Of a DNA stretch of 32,965 nucleotides, positions 1-7,365 are shown piece after piece; the stretch's first letter is position 1; every line of letters starts with the position of its first letter. A model generated the notes under the pieces. It ran no database searches and was not told where the DNA came from. It worked only from the letters and a program-made list of their open reading frames with translations. The stretch spans positions 1 through 32,965 of the forward strand of contig PFPP01000059.1 of the NCBI GenBank assembly GCA_002793115.1, written 5' to 3'. Both the position numbers and the translations under genes were made by a program. The DNA is from Candidatus Kaiserbacteria bacterium CG_4_10_14_0_2_um_filter_50_16 (GTDB lineage Bacteria; Patescibacteriota; Minisyncoccia; Phycocordibacterales; Phycocordibacteraceae).

Positions 1-444
1 TTGTCAGTCTGAATCTCGTCAATGATGAACGGACAGACCTCAATGACTTTGCGAAGGAAGTCGGCGACACTTGCAGACGAGTGGCTGGTATAGGCACCAG
101 CAAAAGCGAACCTCCGCGCCGGTATATGACTCCGATACTCTGTATCCATCTTCTTTAAGAAAAACCGCCAACTTCTTCTTGCCGAGACGTGGATGCGCCG
201 TGCGTTGTTCGATGATGAACGTTTCAACCTCTGGCAGGATGTTCCGTTTCCTCAGTGTCTTCGGTATCGTCTTCTGAGGATCAAGAGCATCAAGATGTCC
301 TTGCTGCTTCTCAAGCTTCGCCTGCCAGCGGAATGTTTCCCATTGTCCTGAAGCGTATCGTCCTTTCCCACATATACAACCAGCCCTTGGTGCCCCGAAA
401 CCTATTGAATTGCCGCATGTTTCCTCAGTTATGAGGAGTGCCAA
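1..444 (-). pseudogene. IS481-like (rve/DDE) transposase relic with an internal deletion or frameshift; runs off the left edge of the window
   Basis: The ORF 40..444 encodes an HTH-like N-terminal region typical of IS481-type transposases (SGQWETFRWQAKLEKQQGHLDALDP...PEVETFIIEQRTAHPRLGKKKLAVFLKEDGYRVSES). A different frame over about 1..150 reads ...RRFAFAGAYTSHSSASVADFLRKVIEVCPFIIDEIQTD, which resembles the stretch leading into the DDE 'TDNG' motif. The segment that should separate these two regions, including the first catalytic Asp, is missing. Confidence 0.45.
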
Positions 445-753
445 ATGTATCTGAACTTATGCATCCGCCAATGCGTCATAGACCATCATATCAGCATACA
501 AAAAATATTTCCCTCTCATTAAAAAAGAATTTATTCCAGTCTGCACCGTACGGGGCGTTTCTTACGATGGCACTGCTACAGGAGTTGACTCCCGAGGCAT
601 ATGTCGCTCCGATGGGTGAAAATCTTTTAAGTTTATTCCATCCATAACTTCATGCGTGGTGTAATTTTGCGATGCAGACATTTGCCAACATGTGCCGAAT
701 ATATCACAACCGTATGCATCATATGCATGCTATTATGTAAGGGTCATTCCCTT

Positions 754-1923
754 ATGGACTTTTCATTTTTAGTAAACATCATCGCACTGCTTTTTTCCTT
801 TTTCGTTGCTGGGGCGATTCTTGGTGCCGTCTTTTCGAAACCGATACGAAAGAAACTTGTAGCGCTCTTACGCTTAAAACGTTTCAAGTTCCTTATACTC
901 GATAAATCTCTCCACAATCCGATTATTAAACCTGGCACTAACCCGTGGACTGCAGAAGCGGTTCTCAATCCAGCGGCAGCAATCATCGACAACCGCACGC
1001 ATCTTATTTATCGCGCCATCGGCATGGATGGAGTTTCTCGACTCGGCTACGCCAGCAGTGCAGATGGTATTGTCTTCGACAAGCGGCTTCCCTATCCAGT
1101 TTATGTTGCGCAGAAACCGCGCAATCTCCCCGGCCGTGTGCGTCGCTATTCTCCTGTTCTATATCCATCTGGCGGCAGTTGGGGCGGTTGCGAAGATCCG
1201 CGCATGGTCGTCATAGAGGGACGCGTGTATGTCATTTTTAATATGTTCGATGGATGGGATTTCATCCGCGTTGCCGCAATTTCAATTGCTGAGAATGATT
1301 TCATGAAAGAACAATTCTGGAAATGGGACGGACCGCATATCCTGTCGCGACCGGGAGAAATTCACAAAAATTGGGTCCTGTTTCCGGAAAAGATCGATGG
1401 GAAATATGCCATCCTCCATAGTGTCACGCCAAAGATAGAAGTCGCCTATCGCTATTCTATTGAAGATATTGGTACTACTGAGCCATTTATCCAAAGCTGG
1501 GTCGGGTCTCGCAATGATCTCCCGGTGCGCGAAGATTCTTGGGACAGTTTCGTCCGAGGGGCCGGACCGCCGCCAGTAAGAACCGGCCGCGGCTGGCTCC
1601 TCTTCTATCACGCGATCGATGAACGTGACCCTGGTCGCTACAAGCTCGGTGCGATGTTGCTTGATCTCTCCGATCCGACGAAAGTACTCCATCGCTCATC
1701 GGCGCCCGTCCTCTCGCCAGACGAACACTACGAAAATAATGGGAAGCCTGGTATCGTCTACGCCTGCGGTGCCGTCGTACGAGGTGGGAAATTGTTCGTC
1801 TATTACGGTGGCGCTGACAAGGTTATCTGTGTTGCGACCGCGCCGCTCGATGCTTTTCTCGATGAACTCATCTCTGGTAGCCAACCGTCGCTTGCAACAA
1901 TGAATCCCGCGCAAACTGCTTGA
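754..1923 (+). CDS. GH130-family glycoside phosphorylase/glycosidase (DUF377, PH1107-type) with an N-terminal transmembrane anchor
   Basis: GH130-like blocks are present: NPAAAIIDNRTHLIYRAIG, GGCEDPRMV and GIVYACGAVVRGGKLFVYYGGADKV. I prefer the ATG at 754 (MDFSFLVNIIALLFSFFVAGAILGAVF = TM helix) over the ORF-track start at 652, whose extension is Cys-rich and unlike a protein. Confidence 0.8.
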   Translation: MDFSFLVNIIALLFSFFVAGAILGAVFSKPIRKKLVALLRLKRFKFLILDKSLHNPIIKPGTNPWTAEAVLNPAAAIIDNRTHLIYRAIGMDGVSRLGYASSADGIVFDKRLPYPVYVAQKPRNLPGRVRRYSPVLYPSGGSWGGCEDPRMVVIEGRVYVIFNMFDGWDFIRVAAISIAENDFMKEQFWKWDGPHILSRPGEIHKNWVLFPEKIDGKYAILHSVTPKIEVAYRYSIEDIGTTEPFIQSWVGSRNDLPVREDSWDSFVRGAGPPPVRTGRGWLLFYHAIDERDPGRYKLGAMLLDLSDPTKVLHRSSAPVLSPDEHYENNGKPGIVYACGAVVRGGKLFVYYGGADKVICVATAPLDAFLDELISGSQPSLATMNPAQTA

Positions 1924-1926
1924 TAC

Positions 1927-3843
1927 ATGTTCATCATCCGCCGAGAATCTCATAATCCTATCCTCTCGCCACGCCACGAGCACCATTGGGAAGCGGTCGC
2001 TACCTATAACCCGTCGGCGGTCAGTACCGAAGACGGCGTGCGTCTCTACTATCGCGCGCTCGGCTCTCCGAACTCTCTTCAGACACCCTATGTCGGTCTC
2101 TCGAGTATAGGGACCGCTTTCGCCGAAGACGGTATTAATTTCAATGGGCGACAACAGGTTATCGCCCCACAAGAATCGTGGGATATGTTCGGTTGTGAAG
2201 ATCCTCGCGTGTCTTTCTTTGAGGGTCGCTGGTACTGTTTCTATACTGCGCTTGGTGGCTACCCTTTCGGCCCAGATAATATCAAGGTAGCGCTCGCTGT
2301 CGGCGACGCTCCTGACCACTTCACAGAACGGCATCTCATTACGCCGTTTAACGCGAAAGCCGCGACTCTTTTCCCCGAACGCATCAACGGCGATGTCATA
2401 TTGCTCCTCACTGCACACACCGATTGGACAAAAGAATATCCACGACCGATCATCGCGCTCGCACGCGCGAAACGGATTGAGGACTTTTTTGATCCCGTCT
2501 ATTGGCAAACGTGGCATGCGAATCTCGCCGACTACGCACTTCCTGAACTGCGCCGAAGCGATGCCGATCATATCGAGGTCGGCGCCTCCCCTCTGCGAAC
2601 CGATGGTGGCTGGCTGCTCATCTATTCCTATATCCAGGATTATTACAACGAGCGGGAACGTATCTTCTCGATTGAGGCCGCGCTTCTCGAGCTTGATAAT
2701 CCGCAAAAGCTTATCTCACGCACCGAATCCATATTAGTCCCCGAAGAAATCTATGAACAATACGGTCTCGTTCCGCATATCGTCTTCCCGACGAGCACGA
2801 GCATCGGCAATAATGGAGAACTTGACATATGGTATGGCGCGGCCGACACCGTCTGCGCCAAGGCGAGTGTAAGGCTCCACGATCTTTTGCGCGCACTCGA
2901 TCCGAAGCGGCCCGCGCGCACCTTCCTACGCGCGCCGCAGAATCCAATTCTCGCGGCGCGAGGTGAAGAATTCGAGAGTCGCGACGTCTTTAATGCCGCC
3001 GCCATCGAACTGAACGGCTCGATCTATATCCTCTATCGCGCAATGGACAGGGCGAATACATCTACCATCGGACTCGCGGTTTCCGAAGACGGCGTCACAA
3101 TCAAAGAACGTCTGTCTGAGCCGATATACGCGCCACGCGCCGATTTCGAAGCGAAACGCGGGAGTCCGACCGGCAATTCCGGTTGCGAAGATCCTCGCAT
3201 CGTGCATATTGATGACGCGCTCTTGATGACCTATACCGCGTACGACGGCGTGCATCCGCCCGCCGGCGCTGTTTCGTCGATCAGCGTCGATGATTTCCTT
3301 GCGCGGCGATTCGAGATGTGGAGTGCGCCGTTCCTGCTGACACCAGACGGCGTCGACGACAAGGACCTTGTTCTGCTTCCCGAAAAAATACATGAAAATT
3401 ATTTACTCTATCATCGCATCAATAATAGAATCTGCGCCGATCTTCTTCCTGACATTGCCGCGGGGAAACGCGTGAGCCGTTGCATCGAGATCATGGCGCC
3501 ACGGCACGGTATGTGGGACGGATCGAAGGTCGGTAGCGCGGCGCCGCCGATCAAGGTCGGTAATAATTGGCTCATGATTTATCATGGCGTTTCGCGCCAC
3601 GCGACCTACCGTCTCGGTGCGGCGCTCCTCGATTCCTCCGGTACCTCGCTCTTGGCGCGCACCGCCGACCCGATTTTTGAACCTCTGGAGAAATATGAAA
3701 AAGAAGGAGAAATCTCGAACATCGTCTTCTCCTGTGGCGCCATCGTCCGTGGCGACACGCTCTTCATCTATTACGGAGCGGCCGACAAAGTCATTGGGGT
3801 CGCTACCGCATCGCTCGCGCACATAATTGAAGCTCTTTCATAA
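1927..3843 (+). CDS. Tandem-domain GH130 protein (two complete GH130/DUF377 modules fused)
   Basis: There are two internally homologous halves (aa 1 to about 325 and about 333 to 638). Each has YNPSA/FNAAA...LYYRA(L/M), GCEDPR (FGCEDPRVSF and SGCEDPRIVH) and C-terminal (I/L)(W/Y)YGAAD blocks. The gene starts 3 nt after the upstream GH130 stop. Confidence 0.85.
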   Translation: MFIIRRESHNPILSPRHEHHWEAVATYNPSAVSTEDGVRLYYRALGSPNSLQTPYVGLSSIGTAFAEDGINFNGRQQVIAPQESWDMFGCEDPRVSFFEGRWYCFYTALGGYPFGPDNIKVALAVGDAPDHFTERHLITPFNAKAATLFPERINGDVILLLTAHTDWTKEYPRPIIALARAKRIEDFFDPVYWQTWHANLADYALPELRRSDADHIEVGASPLRTDGGWLLIYSYIQDYYNERERIFSIEAALLELDNPQKLISRTESILVPEEIYEQYGLVPHIVFPTSTSIGNNGELDIWYGAADTVCAKASVRLHDLLRALDPKRPARTFLRAPQNPILAARGEEFESRDVFNAAAIELNGSIYILYRAMDRANTSTIGLAVSEDGVTIKERLSEPIYAPRADFEAKRGSPTGNSGCEDPRIVHIDDALLMTYTAYDGVHPPAGAVSSISVDDFLARRFEMWSAPFLLTPDGVDDKDLVLLPEKIHENYLLYHRINNRICADLLPDIAAGKRVSRCIEIMAPRHGMWDGSKVGSAAPPIKVGNNWLMIYHGVSRHATYRLGAALLDSSGTSLLARTADPIFEPLEKYEKEGEISNIVFSCGAIVRGDTLFIYYGAADKVIGVATASLAHIIEALS

Positions 3844-4610
3844 TGGCACCTCTTATTATTTTCGACCTTGACGGCACACTCGCAGAGAGCAAACAGTCGC
3901 TCACGAGTGAGATGGCGGATCTTCTTTCGCGTCTCATCGATCAGACGTGCGTCGCGGTTATTTCTGGCGGCGCATTGTCGCAATTTTTAAAACAGGTGGT
4001 GACACAGCTCCAAAACGGTGTAAATCTTTCAAACTTGTATCTCCTGCCGACCTCCGGCGCCGCATTTTATGAATTTCAAAATAGCGATTGGAAAAAAATA
4101 TATGAAGAACGCTTTTCAGAAAAAGAAGCACACACAATCGAAACTGCAATACGAGCCGCGGCAGAAGAAACCGATCTTATTGATTTCTCGAAGCCAGCAT
4201 GGGGAGAGCGCATTGAATATCGCGGTGGCCAGGTAACCCTCTCCGCGCTCGGACAGCAGGCACCGCCTTCTTTGAAAAAAGAATGGGACCCAGATCATAC
4301 GAAGCGCAAAATGCTCCAGGCGGAAATTGCAGAACGATTGCCGGAATTCTCTGTTGGCATCGGCGGCGCGACGAGTATCGACGTGACCAAGCGCGGCGTC
4401 GACAAGGCGTATGGTGTCCGGAAGCTCTGCGAACGACTTCATATAAGCGAGCCAGACGCGCTCTACGTCGGCGACGAGCTAGAATCTGGTGGCAATGATG
4501 AGGCGATATATAAAACCTCAGTGCAGACGCGAAGTGTCAAAGACCCTCTCGAAACCGCACAACTTATCGAATTACTACTTGCGCGCATAGCCCAAAAAGC
4601 CATATTTTAA
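3843..4610 (+). CDS. HAD-superfamily subfamily IIB hydrolase, phosphomannomutase-like
   Basis: HAD motif I is FDLDGTL at the N-terminus and the C-terminal motif is YVGDELESGGNDEA. Length is about 255 aa with a cap region, as in PMM-type HAD-IIB proteins. The start overlaps the upstream stop (TAATG). Confidence 0.65.
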   Translation: MAPLIIFDLDGTLAESKQSLTSEMADLLSRLIDQTCVAVISGGALSQFLKQVVTQLQNGVNLSNLYLLPTSGAAFYEFQNSDWKKIYEERFSEKEAHTIETAIRAAAEETDLIDFSKPAWGERIEYRGGQVTLSALGQQAPPSLKKEWDPDHTKRKMLQAEIAERLPEFSVGIGGATSIDVTKRGVDKAYGVRKLCERLHISEPDALYVGDELESGGNDEAIYKTSVQTRSVKDPLETAQLIELLLARIAQKAIF

Positions 4611-4863
4611 GCCATTTTTATAGAATTCGGACCCAGCTGGACTTGGAGTCTATCTTAACGACTTCATCGATGACGTGGTTAATACAATGCCGCAATGAGA
4701 GTACAACAAAGGCGAACGTCTTGTATTTCTCAGCCGCTATAAGTGTGAACATGGACCAGATCTGTGGTTCGCCGGTGTCTGCAAGTAACACCAAGGACTT
4801 TGATCTTTCATAAAGGAGGTGATTCACAACAGCACTCTGCACGAAGAGCTCTGTTTTTATTGT

Positions 4864-4890
4864 ATGGATTGAAGTCAGGCTTCAATCCAT
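4864..4890. repeat. REP-like palindrome, variant copy
   Basis: ATGGATTGAAGTCAGGCTTCAATCCAT is a 27-nt near-perfect palindrome. Its core GAAGTCAGGCTTC has one mismatch to the family core. Confidence 0.75.
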
Positions 4891-4891
4891 G

Positions 4892-5617
4892 TCAGTCTAG
4901 GTTTCCCAGTAAACATTTCCTCTCATCAAATGTCATCGATTCTATACTATTTCTGGCGAACTCCTTCATTTCATACGGATCAGGAAACGCCTCCCGAAAT
5001 AACTCGTCATTCCCTATCAATCTCTCCATATTTAAGTCAGACTTCAATACATAATACCTTAAGCTACTATATGGATACCTGATAGCGAAATCATAGGCCA
5101 TATCAAAATTTGCAACTGCTCGTTTTAAACCGCCTGGATACATTTCGAAAGCGTTCTTGATATGAAGATAGGAGAACAGGTATCTAAAATAATTATCGTC
5201 ATTAACCAACCGAGCTTTATATGCGCCTTGGAAGAGTCTCCCTGTTTCTCTGTGCCGTTTATTAAATCGATTAGTCATTCCCGTACCAAGTTTCTGCATC
5301 AGCCTTGCTATCCCTCCTTCTACCAATTCCTCCAAAACTAGATGATAATGATTGTCCTGCAAAATAAATGCGTGAAGATTCACCAGCTGTTTCCTCTCAG
5401 GCCATCCAATAGGCCAGATCAGTTTTGTATTGAAGTCAGACTTCAATACTTTCTTGAGAGTTTGCATTGGATTAAGCGGTGAATAATCGCTATTGAAGTA
5501 ATACAGCATCTGCAGGAAATTCCATCGATCCTTATTGTCACGTACGATCTCTTGCTTCCTATTCCCTCTATTAAAGACGTGTACAAAGGACCCTACACCG
5601 AATGATTCCTTCCTCAT
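4892..5617 (-). CDS. REP-associated tyrosine transposase (RAYT; IS200/IS605-like Y1 HUH transposase, COG1943-type)
   Basis: N-terminal VHVFNRGNRKQEI..D..DRWNFLQML is present, followed by the HUH motif in LQDNHYHLVLEE, the catalytic Tyr block FSYLHIKNA, and YPYSS. The gene is flanked by REP palindromes. Confidence 0.8.
   Translation of the reverse strand: MRKESFGVGSFVHVFNRGNRKQEIVRDNKDRWNFLQMLYYFNSDYSPLNPMQTLKKVLKSDFNTKLIWPIGWPERKQLVNLHAFILQDNHYHLVLEELVEGGIARLMQKLGTGMTNRFNKRHRETGRLFQGAYKARLVNDDNYFRYLFSYLHIKNAFEMYPGGLKRAVANFDMAYDFAIRYPYSSLRYYVLKSDLNMERLIGNDELFREAFPDPYEMKEFARNSIESMTFDERKCLLGNLD
5029..5049. repeat. REP-like palindrome inside the RAYT CDS (one mismatch)
   Basis: TATTTAAGTCAGACTTCAATA is read in frame as VLKSDLNM (aa 190-197 of the RAYT). 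Confidence 0.7.
5427..5449. repeat. REP palindrome (perfect) inside the RAYT CDS
   Basis: GTATTGAAGTCAGACTTCAATAC is a perfect 23-nt palindrome around a central A. It is read in frame as VLKSDFNT (aa 57-64). Confidence 0.8.
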
Positions 5618-5636
5618 TCATGTATTGTACCACGTG

Positions 5637-5680
5637 TGTATTGAAGGTATTGAAGTCTGACTTCAATACAACTTCAATTG
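5637..5680. repeat. Composite REP: a perfect 23-nt palindrome nested between two REP half-sites
   Basis: The sequence is TGTATTGAAG-GTATTGAAGTCTGACTTCAATAC-AACTTCAATTG. The inner copy at 5647..5669 has a central T, so it is inverted relative to the copy at 5427. It lies between the helicase stop (5674) and the RAYT start (5617) and may also act as the helicase terminator. Confidence 0.75.
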
Positions 5681-7365
5681 GAACGCATGAGGCGGACGAG
5701 GCGGATTGTTTCGAATGAATGGCGACCGCCGAGCGCATGAAAAACGGTAGAGAGGCGCTCGCTACCGTTTTCTGCGAGCGCTTCGTGAATTTCATCAATC
5801 ACAGTAATTGGTATAAGATGCGCGAAATCAACTCGAACAAGCTTTCCTATCTCTGCCAATTCTTCTAAATGCTTCACAATGGTCGAGACGGAGAGCGAAC
5901 GAGACTTCGCAGCGTCTTTTAGATTTTTCGCGTCTCGTACTGTCTGTAATGTTTCCGCTAACCGAATAGGGAGTCTAGCGCTACCGGACTTCCTGGTCGT
6001 CCCGAGCAAAGGCGAGGGATATGCTCCGCCCATCGCTTTAACAAATTTTTTTTGCATGCCGACCACTTCTGTCTCCGACATCTCGATACTGAATGCTTCA
6101 CGCGCCGCGTCAGACGCGGCGCGAAAATCCATATCCTTCTTTACAATCTCCGGATGCACTTCGAGCGCGCGGTCATTCAAACCAGTAAGATAGAGGCCCG
6201 AGAACCGCCGTACACGCGAGAGCGCAACATATCCCTGCCCATATTCAAACGCTTTGGAGAGATCTATAATCGCGGCATCCATACTCATCCCCTGGCTCTT
6301 GTGTACCGTCATGGCGTATGCGAGTCGGAGCGGTATCTGAGAGATACTTGCGCGCACTTTCCCTTGCTCCTCAAGTTGCCATTCCATGGACTCCGTAGTT
6401 ACGCGGAGCCCATGCCCAGAGCTCGTCGAAGGGCTGCTAATTTCAATAATCGGCAATCCATCGGCACCCCAACCGCTCACTTGCCCTAGCGTGCCGTTTA
6501 CAAATCTGCCCTGCGGAGAGTTCTTGGTAAACATGACTGCCGCACCTTCTTTCAGCTCTAGAATTTCTGGCGATAGACAGCCACGCTTCAGCCCTTCGAC
6601 GAGCGAATCTTTTCCCTTCGAACTCATGCGGAATTTCTTTGACTTCCCGGGAAGTCTCGCGAGCTCGTCGGCGTTGATGCGGTCAACGTCAATGTTATGT
6701 GAGAAAAGTTTCGGTACCTTGCTCATGCTCGGTATCTCAGTCGGAGACATCTGCCGCGCGGCAAGCTGTTCATGATGCATTTTTTCAATATGCCCAGAGC
6801 GCATCGCAGAAAGCACATCCAAAAAGTCGGTATCGTCTTGTCGATACTGTTCGGTGAGATAGCAGGTAATCGGGTTTAAATCGCGCCATACTTTTGATAC
6901 GTACGCGAACTCGACTGCATGGTTTCTTGAGACTGGAGGAAGTTGAAAGAAATCGCCGACGAGAGTGACGGTGAGCCCGCCAAATGGCTTGTCGACGCGG
7001 CGTACCTCGCGGCAGATCGCATCCGCCATCTCGAATGTTGTCGCTGAAAGCATTGAAATCTCCTCGATAATAAGCACTTTTGCTTTCTGTATCCGTTTCG
7101 CAATATGTTCTTTGCTGGCAATACGATCCACGTCGGCTCTAGAAAGCGACTCGCTGATGCCGATGCCACTCCAGGAGTGGAGTGTCATGCCGGAAATATG
7201 AGTCGCCGCGATGCCGGTCGCGGCAGTTACCGACGGCTCGATGCCTAAAGCGCGCAGCCAATCTATGAACTCGTTTATCAGGTGCGTCTTTCCGCTCCCC
7301 GGACTTCCAGTTAGATACACGTTCGCACCGGTCTTCAATATGGTAAGCGCCTCGCCTTGCGTCAT
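5674..7365 (-). CDS. PIF1/RecD-like SF1B DNA helicase with a C-terminal HTH domain
   Basis: Motifs seen are Walker A GSPGSGKTH, motif II LIIEEISML, the PIF1-type GDFFQLPPV and motif VI TVHKSQGMS. The C-terminal roughly 100 aa are HTH_40-like (SLSVSTIVKHLEELAEIG). Confidence 0.85.
   Translation of the reverse strand: MTQGEALTILKTGANVYLTGSPGSGKTHLINEFIDWLRALGIEPSVTAATGIAATHISGMTLHSWSGIGISESLSRADVDRIASKEHIAKRIQKAKVLIIEEISMLSATTFEMADAICREVRRVDKPFGGLTVTLVGDFFQLPPVSRNHAVEFAYVSKVWRDLNPITCYLTEQYRQDDTDFLDVLSAMRSGHIEKMHHEQLAARQMSPTEIPSMSKVPKLFSHNIDVDRINADELARLPGKSKKFRMSSKGKDSLVEGLKRGCLSPEILELKEGAAVMFTKNSPQGRFVNGTLGQVSGWGADGLPIIEISSPSTSSGHGLRVTTESMEWQLEEQGKVRASISQIPLRLAYAMTVHKSQGMSMDAAIIDLSKAFEYGQGYVALSRVRRFSGLYLTGLNDRALEVHPEIVKKDMDFRAASDAAREAFSIEMSETEVVGMQKKFVKAMGGAYPSPLLGTTRKSGSARLPIRLAETLQTVRDAKNLKDAAKSRSLSVSTIVKHLEELAEIGKLVRVDFAHLIPITVIDEIHEALAENGSERLSTVFHALGGRHSFETIRLVRLMRSN

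Larger units (their letters stand above)
4864..5680 (-). mobile_element. RAYT-REP locus: a Y1/HUH transposase gene bracketed by REP-like palindromes
   Basis: The transposase ORF 4892..5617 has a palindrome 1 nt past its stop (4864..4890) and another about 30 nt upstream of its start (5647..5669). The region is visibly more AT-rich than the flanking genes. Confidence 0.7.

Noticed and set aside
438-647. A 69-aa plus-strand ORF between the IS relic and the GH130 gene.
   Set aside because: It has no motifs and lies in an AT-rich spacer. It is more likely promoter or UTR sequence for the GH130 operon.
1696-2706. Long antisense ORFs opposite well-supported genes. Examples are 1696..2706(-), 2926..3393(-), 11050..11514(-), 12208..12615(+), 12703..13125(+), 19916..20581(+), 21480..22115(+), 22841..23368(+), 25682..26422(-), 26068..26850(-), 28415..29119(+) and 30968..31507(+).
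   Set aside because: Each lies entirely within, and opposite to, a gene with unmistakable conserved motifs (GH130, rpoB/C, rnr, smc, nusB and others). Their translations are Arg/Ser/Cys-rich and low-complexity, with no recognisable motifs. This is typical of shadow ORFs in moderately GC-rich coding DNA.
4811-4825. A perfect Shine-Dalgarno-like AAAGGAGGTGATTC on the plus strand, which equals ATCACCTCCTTT (the 16S rRNA 3'-end sequence) on the minus strand.
   Set aside because: On the plus strand no start codon with a usable ORF follows: the best option is a 17-codon GTG frame that runs into the REP. On the minus strand the upstream sequence does not resemble the 16S 3' domain beyond about 12 nt. 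I treated it as coincidence or relic rather than an rRNA fragment or functional RBS. It could be rechecked by aligning 4811-4900 against the organism's 16S 3' end.
4618-4842. A 74-aa GTG-initiated ORF downstream of the RAYT gene.
   Set aside because: I recognised no motif, the start is GTG without an RBS, and it lies in an AT-rich spacer where random ORFs are likely. I cannot support it as a gene from sequence alone.
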